Below are positions 11,155 to 19,209 of a stretch of 32,000 bases of DNA, one piece after another. The notes beneath the pieces were generated by a model. It ran no database searches and was not told the DNA's origin. It saw nothing but the letters and a program-made list of their open reading frames with translations. Within the stretch, counting starts at the first letter, position 1. Each line of letters begins with the position of its first letter. Location: positions 2,610,001 through 2,642,000 of the forward strand of contig NZ_CP066018.1 of assembly GCF_016127575.1 (NCBI RefSeq), in the 5' to 3' direction. The stretch is from Cupriavidus necator. Lineage in GTDB: Bacteria > Pseudomonadota > Gammaproteobacteria > Burkholderiales > Burkholderiaceae. Made by a program: the position numbers and the translations under genes.

Positions 11155-11163
11155 TGCTACAAT
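11155..11163 (+). promoter_or_regulatory. Candidate extended -10 promoter (TGcTACAAT) of rpoD
   Basis: cgTGCTACAATag lies 57 nt upstream of ATG 11220. The -10 is embraced by an 8-bp inverted repeat, ccggctat (11139-11146) / atagccgg (11162-11169). Confidence 0.4.
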
Positions 11164-11219
11164 AGCCGGTTTGGATTGCGAAATCTTTCTCTCCAGTTCT
11201 GGTGAAAGTGAGCGTGCCA

Positions 11220-13772
11220 ATGGCAAAGGCCAAAGCAACCGAAAGGGTTACCTCTAAAGCTCCCCAATCAGGGAGCGGCAAGGCGTCTGTGAAAACAACG
11301 GCGGCGAAGACATCGACCGCGTCAGTCAAGACACCAGCCCGGTCTGCGCCATCAAAGTCCGTGCGTAGCGCGCAAGCGCCCGCCGTGACGACTCCCGCCA
11401 GGACTCGCACATCCGAAAAGACAAAGGCCTCGACTTCGGCACGCGAGAGCGGCAAGAGCGCCAGTACGAGCGGCAAGGTCGCCGCATCTGCACCAGTGAA
11501 AGGCAAGAGTATCACCGTGGCGAAACAGCAGAATACCGAAGTCGAGAGCAAGCGAGCGGCAGCCGCCGGCGCCAAGAGTGGGGAAGCCAAGGCTGGCACC
11601 ACCACTACGGCAACCAAGGCGCGTGCCGCGACACCTGCATCCGTTGCATCCGAGCGTCCCGCTGCGCCGGCAATCAAGCCGGAGCCGAAAAAGCGTGGCC
11701 GCAAGCCCAAGGCCGAGATGCAGCACGACGACAGCACAACAGACGACGTGACTGAAGAGTTTTACGAGAACGATGCGCGCCCGGCGGCAACCCCGGCCGC
11801 GGCGCCGAAGACCGAAAAGCAGAAAGCCAAGGACCGCAAGGCCAAGGAAAAGGCCCTGCTCAAGGAGTTCGCCTCGACCCAGCAGGGTACCGAGGAAGAG
11901 CTTGAGCTGCGTCGCCAGAAACTCAAGGCGCTGATCAAGCTGGGCAAGTCGCGCGGCTACCTGACCTACGCGGAAATCAACGATCACCTGCCGGACGACA
12001 TGGTCGATTCGGAAACGATCGACACGCTGGTCGCCACGCTGAACGACATCGGCATCGCTGTCTACGAACAGGCGCCGGATGCCGAGACGCTGCTGCTCAA
12101 CGACAACGCCCCGTCCGCCACCAGCGAGGAAGAAGCCGAGGAAGAGGCCGAAGCGGCCCTGTCCACGGTGGACTCCGAGTTCGGCCGCACCACCGACCCG
12201 GTGCGCATGTACATGCGCGAAATGGGCACGGTCGAGCTGCTCACGCGCGAAGGCGAAATCGAGATCGCCAAGCGCATCGAGGCCGGCCTGAAGGACATGG
12301 TGATGGCGATTTCGGCTTGCCCGGTCACCATCTCCGAGATCCTGGCCCATGCCGAGCGCGTGGCCAACGACGAGATCAAGATCGACGAATTCGTCGACGG
12401 CCTGATCGACCCGAACGCCGACGAAGCCCCGGAAGCGCCCGCAGCCCCGGCTGCAGCGGCCGACGACGAGGATATCGAGTCCGACGACGAAGAGGAAGGC
12501 GACGAGGACGATGACGACGAAGGCGGCGCCGGCGCCGGTGCCTCCGCGCGCCAGCTGGAAGAACTGAAGCAGAACGCGCTGGAGAAATTCCGCGTGATCG
12601 CCGAGCAGTTCGACAAGATGCGCCGCGCGTTCGAAAAGGAAGGCTACAACTCCAAGCCCTACGTCAAGGCGCAGGAAGCCATCCAGGCCGAGCTGATGGG
12701 CATCCGCTTCACCGCCCGCAATGTCGAGCGCCTGTGCGACACGCTGCGCGGCCAGGTCGACGAAGTGCGCAAGCTCGAACGCTCGATCCTGAACATCGTG
12801 GTCGACAAGTGCGGCATGCCGCGCTCGGAATTCGTCGCCCGCTTCCCGGGCAACGAGACCAACCTCGAGTGGGTCCACACCATCGTCGCCGACGGCAAGG
12901 GCTACAGCACCATCGTCGAGCGCAACGTGCCGGCCGTGCATGAGCTGCAGCAGAAGCTGATCGACCTGCAGTCGCGCGTGGTGCTGCCGCTGAAGGAACT
13001 GAAGGGCGTCAACCGCAAGATGGCCGAGGGCGAGCGTCGTGCCCGCGAAGCCAAGCGCGAGATGACCGAGGCCAACCTGCGTCTGGTGATTTCGATCGCC
13101 AAGAAGTACACGAATCGCGGCCTGCAGTTCCTCGACCTGATCCAGGAAGGCAACATCGGCCTGATGAAGGCGGTGGACAAGTTCGAATACCGCCGCGGCT
13201 ACAAGTTCTCGACCTACGCCACGTGGTGGATCCGCCAGGCCATCACGCGCTCGATCGCCGACCAGGCGCGCACCATCCGTATCCCGGTGCACATGATCGA
13301 GACCATCAACAAGATGAACCGCATCTCGCGCCAGATCCTGCAGGAAACCGGCAACGAGCCGGATCCGGCAACGCTGGCCGAGAAGATGGAGATGCCGGAA
13401 GACAAGATCCGCAAGATCATGAAGATCGCCAAAGAGCCGATCTCCATGGAAACGCCGATCGGTGACGACGACGACTCCCATCTGGGCGACTTCATCGAGG
13501 ACACCAACACGCTGGCCCCGGCCGAAGCCGCGCTGCACGGCTCCATGCGCGACGTCGTCAAGGACGTGCTGGACTCGCTCACGCCGCGCGAAGCCAAGGT
13601 GCTGCGCATGCGCTTCGGCATCGAAATGAGCACCGACCACACGCTGGAAGAGGTCGGCAAGCAGTTCGACGTCACGCGTGAACGGATCCGCCAGATCGAG
13701 GCCAAGGCACTGCGCAAGCTGCGCCACCCGAGCCGCTCGGACAAGCTGAAGAGCTTCCTGGAAGGCAACTAA
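11220..13772 (+). CDS. rpoD: RNA polymerase sigma factor RpoD (sigma-70) with a long basic N-terminal extension
   Basis: It has region 1.1 ([25 protein letters not shown]), region 1.2 ([11 protein letters not shown]), region 2 ([60 protein letters not shown]), region 3, and region 4.2 ([30 protein letters not shown]). The start is uncertain; candidates are GTG 11202, ATG 11220 and an internal ATG at 11718. Confidence 0.97.
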   Translation: MAKAKATERVTSKAPQSGSGKASVKTTAAKTSTASVKTPARSAPSKSVRSAQAPAVTTPARTRTSEKTKASTSARESGKSASTSGKVAASAPVKGKSITVAKQQNTEVESKRAAAAGAKSGEAKAGTTTTATKARAATPASVASERPAAPAIKPEPKKRGRKPKAEMQHDDSTTDDVTEEFYENDARPAATPAAAPKTEKQKAKDRKAKEKALLKEFASTQQGTEEELELRRQKLKALIKLGKSRGYLTYAEINDHLPDDMVDSETIDTLVATLNDIGIAVYEQAPDAETLLLNDNAPSATSEEEAEEEAEAALSTVDSEFGRTTDPVRMYMREMGTVELLTREGEIEIAKRIEAGLKDMVMAISACPVTISEILAHAERVANDEIKIDEFVDGLIDPNADEAPEAPAAPAAAADDEDIESDDEEEGDEDDDDEGGAGAGASARQLEELKQNALEKFRVIAEQFDKMRRAFEKEGYNSKPYVKAQEAIQAELMGIRFTARNVERLCDTLRGQVDEVRKLERSILNIVVDKCGMPRSEFVARFPGNETNLEWVHTIVADGKGYSTIVERNVPAVHELQQKLIDLQSRVVLPLKELKGVNRKMAEGERRAREAKREMTEANLRLVISIAKKYTNRGLQFLDLIQEGNIGLMKAVDKFEYRRGYKFSTYATWWIRQAITRSIADQARTIRIPVHMIETINKMNRISRQILQETGNEPDPATLAEKMEMPEDKIRKIMKIAKEPISMETPIGDDDDSHLGDFIEDTNTLAPAEAALHGSMRDVVKDVLDSLTPREAKVLRMRFGIEMSTDHTLEEVGKQFDVTRERIRQIEAKALRKLRHPSRSDKLKSFLEGN

Positions 13773-13782
13773 ACGCTTCCAA

Positions 13783-13861
<79 letters not shown>

Positions 13862-13866
13862 ATGTG

Positions 13867-13905
13867 AAAAAGGACTGCAGGTTGATACCTGCAGTCCTTT
13901 TTTTT
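13867..13905. terminator. Bidirectional intrinsic terminator (rpoD-tRNA unit versus plcN)
   Basis: Perfect 12-bp stem aggactgcaggt (13871-13882) / acctgcagtcct (13887-13898) with loop tgat. It is flanked by A5 upstream and T8 downstream. Confidence 0.85.
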
Positions 13906-13920
13906 GCCTCGAACTACCGC

Positions 13921-16167
13921 TCAATCCTGCGCCGTCACCATCCCCATCGCCGGATCGCTAACCGTATGCCTGCCGTTCTCCACCCGCCCCGCAAAGCGGC
14001 GATAGAACGCCGGGTCGCTGTCGCACGTCACCGCGAAGTCATACCACTGCCCGCTTTCCTCCAGCGACCAATGCACGGACTTGCTGTCATTGGCGCCGAC
14101 AGTGACCGGCCACGGGCCATCGGTTCGGTACGCGAGCGCCTGGATGCTGAAGTGGCAGGCCTTGCGGCCGGCGTTGATCAGGTCGACATAGACGTCGCCA
14201 TTGGCAATGTCGTAGCAGACGCGGATCTCCGGTGCGATGCCGGTGTCGCCGATGCGGTTGGTATCGCCGCGGAAATGGCGGTGGAAGCCGTTGGGGCCCA
14301 GTACCCACAGGTCGTATTGCCCGGCGTTGTCCTGGAACACGTTCCAGGTGTCGCTCAGGGACTTGCGGGCTTCCACGACATAGCGGCGCGGAATGCGGCC
14401 CAGCTGGTAGCGGTCGTAGACGTGGAACACCGCGGCTTGCGTGCCGGTGTTGGCGAATACCAGTTCGACCTGCCCCACGGCGCTGCAGCGCGCGCTGGTG
14501 TGCAGCTCGTACGGCAGCGCGCGTGACGGGCGGGTGCCGGTGGCTTGCAGCGGCAATTGCATGTCGACCGGCAGCGGCACCGCGGGCAGTGCCTGCTGGG
14601 CCTGGCGCAGCTGGTCGGCGCCGCTGCGCGTGGTGCGGCCACTCAGCGTGGGCAGGGCTTCCGAGTTGGGCGTCTTGAAGTTGAACGCGCTGGTCAGGTC
14701 GCCGCAGACGGCACGGCGGAACGGGCTGATGTTGGGTTCGGCCACGCCGAACCGCGCTTCCAGGAAGCGCAGCACGGAGGTGTGGTCGAACACCTGGGAA
14801 TTGATCCAGCCGCCGCGGCTCCACGGCGAGATCGCGTAAAGCGGCACGCGCGGCCCGGGACCGTAGACGCGGCCGTCAGCAGCGGGCTGGGTCCGGCTGC
14901 CCGGTGGCGGCGGATGGTTGAAGTATTCGGCCTGCATCTCGGCATCGCTCAGCGTCGCCTTGCCGGCCAGCGTCTTGTCGGGGTTCACCGACGGCGCCGA
15001 GGGGGAGGGGACGTGGTCGAAGTAGCCGTCGTTCTCGTCGAAGTTGACCAGCAGCACGGTCTTGCTCCAGACCTCGGGCACGGCGGTCAGCGCGTCCAGC
15101 ACTTCCTGCAGGAACCACGCGCCCTGAACCGGGCTGGACGGGCCGGGATGCTCGCAGTAGATCGACGGCGCATTGATCCACGATACCTGCGGCAGCCTGC
15201 CTTCCTTGATGTCGCGGCGGAAGGCGTCGAGGTATTCCTCGGGTCTGGTGCCGGGCAGGGTGTTGGCCACGCCCTTGTACAGCGGATTGGCGGCATTGTC
15301 GGTGGCCGCATCGTAGGCGTGGTACGGCAGTGGCTGGCCGGTGTTGGCATAGGGCGCGCCCGGCGCGCCGCCGCTGGATACCGGAAAGCCCGAGGCCAGG
15401 TTGGCCTTGCGGAACTGCTGGAACGCGCCCAGCATGTTGTCGCCCCATTCGTCCGGCATGTTCTGGTAGCAGATCCAACTGATGCCGGCTGCTTCCAGCC
15501 GCTCGGCATAGGTCTTCCAGGTGTAGCCGGTGTTGGCCGAGGCGGGCAGGCCGTCGATCGCGTCCCACTCATTGTTGACGAAGGCGACGTTGGCTGCGGT
15601 CGGGCCGTTGGTGCCGGTCAGGTGGAATGAACGGTTCGCGTCAGTGCCCGTATGCATCGAGCAGTGGTACGCGTCGCACAGCGTAAACGCATTGGCCAGT
15701 GCGAACTGGAACGGGATCTCCTTCTCCTTGAAGTAGCCCATCGAGGTATTGGTCTTGTACGTCGGCCAACTGGCCATGCGGCCGTGGTCCCAGGCCTGCT
15801 GGCTGTCCACCCACGCATGCGGCGTGCCGGCCGCGCGCTGCGCGTTGTTGTTGGTGCCATCCAGGTGATACGGGGTCAGCACGGCGCCGTTGGAGCGCTG
15901 TTGCTGCCATACCTTGCGCGCATTGGGCAGCGGGATGGTGAAGCGGTCGCCGAACCCGCGCACACCCTTGAGCGTGCCGAAGTAGTGGTCGAAGGAACGG
16001 TTCTCCTGCATCAGGATCACCACATGCTCGACATCCTTGATGGTGCCGGTGGCATTGTTGGCCGGGATGGCCAGGGCCTTGCGGATGCTGGGCGGGAACG
16101 CGGCCAGTGCGGCGGCGGCGAAGCCGGTGCCGGCTGCGGCTTGCAGGAAGTTGCGGCGAGAGACCAT
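13921..16167 (-). CDS. plcN: Phosphocholine-specific (non-hemolytic) phospholipase C, Tat-exported
   Basis: 748 aa. It has the twin-arginine signal MVSRRNFLQAAAGTGFAAAALAA, a phosphoesterase-family core (VEHVVILMQENRSFDHYFGTLKGVRGFGD) and tandem C-terminal DUF756-like repeats, as in PlcH/PlcN-type enzymes. Confidence 0.92.
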   Translation of the reverse strand: MVSRRNFLQAAAGTGFAAAALAAFPPSIRKALAIPANNATGTIKDVEHVVILMQENRSFDHYFGTLKGVRGFGDRFTIPLPNARKVWQQQRSNGAVLTPYHLDGTNNNAQRAAGTPHAWVDSQQAWDHGRMASWPTYKTNTSMGYFKEKEIPFQFALANAFTLCDAYHCSMHTGTDANRSFHLTGTNGPTAANVAFVNNEWDAIDGLPASANTGYTWKTYAERLEAAGISWICYQNMPDEWGDNMLGAFQQFRKANLASGFPVSSGGAPGAPYANTGQPLPYHAYDAATDNAANPLYKGVANTLPGTRPEEYLDAFRRDIKEGRLPQVSWINAPSIYCEHPGPSSPVQGAWFLQEVLDALTAVPEVWSKTVLLVNFDENDGYFDHVPSPSAPSVNPDKTLAGKATLSDAEMQAEYFNHPPPPGSRTQPAADGRVYGPGPRVPLYAISPWSRGGWINSQVFDHTSVLRFLEARFGVAEPNISPFRRAVCGDLTSAFNFKTPNSEALPTLSGRTTRSGADQLRQAQQALPAVPLPVDMQLPLQATGTRPSRALPYELHTSARCSAVGQVELVFANTGTQAAVFHVYDRYQLGRIPRRYVVEARKSLSDTWNVFQDNAGQYDLWVLGPNGFHRHFRGDTNRIGDTGIAPEIRVCYDIANGDVYVDLINAGRKACHFSIQALAYRTDGPWPVTVGANDSKSVHWSLEESGQWYDFAVTCDSDPAFYRRFAGRVENGRHTVSDPAMGMVTAQD

Positions 16168-16199
16168 GGTCTTGTCGGATGGCGTCGGGACTTGCGTTG

Positions 16200-16391
16200 T
16201 CAGGGGGCGCAGCGGATCACGGGGTCGGGCCGCCGGTCCGGCTTCTTGCCGGGCTGTTCCGGTTGTGCGTTCGGCGTGACAGTCGCACTCGGCGACAGGT
16301 TGCCGCCGCCGTCATCGCCACCGCATGCGGTCAGCAATGCCGCCGCGATCAGGGTCGCGGCCAGGGTTCTTGGAAGTTTGCAGGGGAGCAT
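16200..16391 (-). CDS. Small putative lipoprotein (63 aa)
   Basis: MLPCKLPRTLAATLIAAALLTAC|GGDDGGG... has a basic n-region, a hydrophobic core and the lipobox L-T-A-C. The stop lies 32 nt upstream of the plcN ATG on the same strand. I have no homology evidence and the SD is weak. Confidence 0.5.
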   Translation of the reverse strand: MLPCKLPRTLAATLIAAALLTACGGDDGGGNLSPSATVTPNAQPEQPGKKPDRRPDPVIRCAP

Positions 16392-16444
16392 CGGGTTCGC
16401 CTGGCTGGGTGGGTGTGGCGGCTGCTGGGAGCCGGAGCCAGGCG

Positions 16445-16478
16445 AGTGTAGGAAGGCGGGGTGACGTGTCGATGACAG
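16445..16478 (-). promoter_or_regulatory. Pho-box-like PhoB site plus -10 element upstream of the lipoprotein-plcN unit
   Basis: The minus strand reads CTGTCATCGACACGTCAC (16478-16461), which matches 13/18 positions of CTGTCATAWAWCTGTCAY with a perfect first repeat. Ten nt further on is TACACT (16450-16445), the geometry of E. coli Pho promoters. Confidence 0.5.
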
Positions 16479-16530
16479 AATGTCCAACGCCGATCGGTGC
16501 CGTCCGTCGGGCGGACGGCAGGCAGGATGG

Positions 16531-17040
16531 CTACTTCCAGAAGCCCGCGTGCGGTGCCGCGGCTTCGTCCTCGAGCACCGGCCCGACCACATCCACCTGG
16601 CGCTGCCCGCGCGCGAACACTTCGCGGCAAGGCAGCGAGAGGGTGGGGTTCTCCGGGTGGTCGCCGGTCAGGCCCAGCAGCTTGTGTTCTGACAGCGCAT
16701 AGACCACGCGCCCGATGCCGGTCCAGTAGATCGCGCCGGCGCACATGCAGCACGGCTCCGCGCTAGTGTAGAGGGTGCAGTCGGCCAGTTGCTCCGGCGG
16801 CAGCGCACGCGCGGCCTGCGCGGCGGCGACCAGTTCGGCGTGCTGGGTCGGGTCGCCCTCCGGCGGCATCGAGTTGTTGCCGGCGCTGGCGATGATATTG
16901 CCGGCCTGGTCGGCCACCAGCGCGGCGAACGGATGGCGGCCGCGAGCCCTGGATGCATCGGACAGCGCGATCGACTGGCGCAGCAGTTCCAGGTCGAGCG
17001 GCGACAGTTCAGCGCCGGACGGGTCTGTGATTCGGGTCAT
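16531..17040 (-). CDS. CMP/dCMP-type zinc deaminase (nucleoside/nucleobase deaminase; guanine- or cytosine-deaminase-like)
   Basis: 169 aa with the zinc motifs HAE (DPTQHAELVA) and PCxxC (SAEPCCMCAGAIYW). Substrate cannot be assigned from sequence alone. Confidence 0.88.
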   Translation of the reverse strand: MTRITDPSGAELSPLDLELLRQSIALSDASRARGRHPFAALVADQAGNIIASAGNNSMPPEGDPTQHAELVAAAQAARALPPEQLADCTLYTSAEPCCMCAGAIYWTGIGRVVYALSEHKLLGLTGDHPENPTLSLPCREVFARGQRQVDVVGPVLEDEAAAPHAGFWK

Positions 17041-17152
17041 GCTTGGGGTCTCCGGTTGGGAAAGGGATCAGGGCGTGCTGCAGGCCGAAGCTCGCCAGCT
17101 GGCGCAGCGGCAGGATTTCATCGACCGGGTGTACCGGTGTCGGGGTCTTCAT
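17009..17152 (-). pseudogene. Probable N-terminal remnant of an NCS2 (xanthine/uracil) permease gene; 47-codon ORF
   Basis: A GGAGA SD lies 6 nt before the ATG at 17152. My translation is MKTPTPVHPVDEILPLRQLASFGLQHAL|IPFPTGDPKHDPNHRPVRR*. The first 28 residues resemble the conserved start of proteobacterial purine permeases (..HPVDE.LP....L..GLQH.L.MY) as I recall them. Similarity then stops and the frame runs into the deaminase start. Confidence 0.35.
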
Positions 17153-17297
17153 GGGCTTGTCTCCTTTTTCGATGGAAGCCGCTTCCGCCTCTGGCAGGGC
17201 GGATTGGGCAGCGCCGGCCGGGATTGCCGGGATTTGTGATCCCTCGGCCGTTGCGGCATCATCTCCGCAACTTCATCGGTACAACAAATCAATACCT

Positions 17298-17312
17298 ATC
17301 GATCCAGTCGAT
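17298..17312 (+). promoter_or_regulatory. Candidate LysR-type T-N11-A box
   Basis: ATCGA-tccag-TCGAT dyad (contains T-N11-A), 20 nt upstream of the LysR ATG in the divergent intergenic region. A second 7-bp inverted repeat, gttgcgg/ccgcaac, lies at 17250-17271. Confidence 0.3.
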
Positions 17313-17331
17313 GGGTCGCGGGAGGGTGGCC

Positions 17332-18249
17332 ATGCGTTTTTCGCTGGACCAGTTGCAGGTATTCGCACTGGTGGTTGAGACAGGCTCCTTTTCCGCTGCC
17401 GCGCGGCGCCTGGGCAAGACCCAGTCCACGGTCAGTGCGGCGGTGGCCAACCTGGAGATCGACCTCGGCGTGCCGCTGTTCGACCGCAGCAGCCGCAATC
17501 CGGCGCTGACCGGGGCCGGCCGCAAGCTGCTGACCGAGGCCGAAGCCGTGCTGGAGCGTTGCCGGTCGCTGCAGGCCCATGCCGCCAGCCTGGCCGATGC
17601 CAACCCGCCCGGGCTGACGCTGGCGATCGAAATCCCGTACCACGCGGTGATGCCGGTGCTGGCCGAATTCGAGCGGGAGTTTCCGTATGTCGACCTGACC
17701 ATTCGCAATCCGGTCTACGGCGATGTCAGCGAACTGGTGCTGCAGGGCGAGGCCGAGCTCGGCATCGCCTTCGCGCAGCCGCACTACGCGCCGGAACTGG
17801 CCTTCGTGCAGTTGGGCAAGCTGATCATGGTGCATGTGGTGCACCCGGGACACCCGCTGGCCGGGCGCGAACAGGTCTCGTTTGCCGACCTGCACGCCTA
17901 TCGGCGCCTGGCCTTCAGCGCGCATGCCGACAAGCTGCCCACCAGCGAATACCTGCGCGCGGCGCGGGTGTGGCGCGCCGAAAGCTACCTGGCGCTGGTC
18001 GAAATGGTGAAAAGCGGGCTGGGCTGGGCCACACTGCCGCGGCAACTGGTGCGCGCGGCGCTGGAGCGCGGCGAACTGGTGGAACTGGACCTGGCGGCCT
18101 ATCCGTACACGGACTGGCTGGTCAGCGTCGACCTGATCTGGGCGAAGTCGGGCCGGCCGCAGGGCCGGGCCGAGCAGTGGCTACGGCAGCGCTTCCGGGA
18201 AAACATGGTGTTCGAGGTCGACCGGCGCGGGCAGCGGACCACCCGCTGA
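17332..18249 (+). CDS. LysR-family transcriptional regulator
   Basis: MRFSLDQLQVFALVVETGSFSAAARRLGKTQSTVSAAVANLEIDLGVPLFDR is a typical LysR wHTH. A GGAGGG SD lies 5 nt upstream. The preceding 181 codons of the track ORF are antisense to the deaminase. Confidence 0.9.
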   Translation: MRFSLDQLQVFALVVETGSFSAAARRLGKTQSTVSAAVANLEIDLGVPLFDRSSRNPALTGAGRKLLTEAEAVLERCRSLQAHAASLADANPPGLTLAIEIPYHAVMPVLAEFEREFPYVDLTIRNPVYGDVSELVLQGEAELGIAFAQPHYAPELAFVQLGKLIMVHVVHPGHPLAGREQVSFADLHAYRRLAFSAHADKLPTSEYLRAARVWRAESYLALVEMVKSGLGWATLPRQLVRAALERGELVELDLAAYPYTDWLVSVDLIWAKSGRPQGRAEQWLRQRFRENMVFEVDRRGQRTTR

Positions 18250-18327
18250 GGGCGCGGCGATGGACTATGGTAGTCATCGCGCGTTTGATCCGATTCGCAC
18301 GATTCAATCTGACCAGGAGTGAAGCCC

Positions 18328-18681
18328 ATGTCCTATATCGACGGATTTGTACTGGCCGTTCCCCAGGCCACTCGCGAGACCTATCGCCAGGTGGCGCAGA
18401 AGGCAGCCGCGGTGTTCAAGGAGCACGGCGCGCTGAAGGTGGTGGAATGCTGGGGTGACGATGTGCCGGAAGGCAAGGTCACGTCCTTTACGATGGCGGT
18501 GCAGCGCAAGGAGGATGAGGCGGTGGTGTTCTCGTGGATCCTGTGGCCGTCACGCGAGAAGCGCGACACTGGCATGAAGGCGGCGATGGCCGACCCGCGC
18601 CTGAAGGAAGGCATGGATCCGATGCCGTTCGACGGCCAGCGGATGATCTTTGGCGGCTTCGAGGTGATTGTCGACGAGTGA
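18328..18681 (+). CDS. DUF1428 (YbaA-like) family protein
   Basis: MSYIDGFVLAVPQATRETYRQVAQKAAAVFKEHGALKVVECWGDDVPEGKVTSF...PFDGQRMIFGGFE matches the DUF1428 pattern as I remember it. An AGGAG SD lies 8 nt upstream of the ATG at 18328. Confidence 0.85.
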   Translation: MSYIDGFVLAVPQATRETYRQVAQKAAAVFKEHGALKVVECWGDDVPEGKVTSFTMAVQRKEDEAVVFSWILWPSREKRDTGMKAAMADPRLKEGMDPMPFDGQRMIFGGFEVIVDE

Positions 18682-18727
18682 GCGCGCCGGGCGCCGGCGT
18701 GGCAGCGCCGGCGCGCAGCAAGCGAGT

Positions 18728-18838
18728 TCAGATCAGGTGGAAGACCATGCCCAGGGCAATCGCGCCACCCAGGGTTTCCACTGCTGCGAGGGCGAGAAGG
18801 TTCTTCAGTACGAAAGCGTCTTCTTTCTTCGTCACCAT
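18728..18838 (-). CDS. Candidate small membrane peptide (36 aa)
   Basis: MVTKKEDAFVLKNLLALAAVETLGGAIALGMVFHLI* has a charged N-terminus and one hydrophobic helix. A GGAGA SD lies 6 nt before the ATG. GC3 is about 74%, lower than neighbouring genes. I recognise no family. Confidence 0.35.
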   Translation of the reverse strand: MVTKKEDAFVLKNLLALAAVETLGGAIALGMVFHLI

Positions 18839-19157
18839 GGTCTGTCTCCCGGTCATTGGACTTGTTCTGAGGCACCATCGGCTGCGGCGATCCGGCGTTT
18901 GCGGTGCCAGGCCGTCGATGTGAGTCCAGTAGACCGCATCCGGACGTTGGCCGGAAGCTGGCGAAAACCCGCTCGGCGAAAACCCGGATTCCTTCAGGAA
19001 TGTGACAGGGCCATGATTGACAGGCTTCGCAGGGCGCGTTTGCGGCCTGCCGGCAACGCGGCATGGCAATGGCCCACATTTGGGGGATGTCCGCCGTGGC
19101 GCGATGCGCCAGGATCAAGGCGTGGGTGGTCGAGCAGATTGCCCCGCTACCATTTGA

Positions 19158-19190
19158 GCCCCGCTGCCTCCCCGGCATGCGGGGCTTTTC
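19158..19190 (+). terminator. Orphan intrinsic-terminator-like hairpin, + orientation
   Basis: agccccgctgcc (19158-19169) pairs with ggca(t)gcggggct (19174-19186), a 12-bp stem with one bulge, followed by TTTTC. There is no U-run in the minus orientation, and no annotated + strand gene ends here. Confidence 0.45.
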
Positions 19191-19209
19191 TACATGGGCC
19201 GCGGGCGCC

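Noticed and set aside
11220-11890. Nucleotide-level tandem repeat or CRISPR-like array in the repetitive-looking 5' part of rpoD
   Set aside because: The repetitiveness is compositional (Lys/Ala/Ser/Thr codons). I could not find regularly spaced identical repeat units. The region is one continuous open frame, in frame with rpoD.
11352-13727. 791-aa minus-strand ORF (and 11111..11737, 12062..12616) opposite rpoD
   Set aside because: These are antisense shadows of rpoD. The sequences are repetitive and low-complexity, for example the poly-Ser run opposite the acidic insert of RpoD. No start context or motifs are present.
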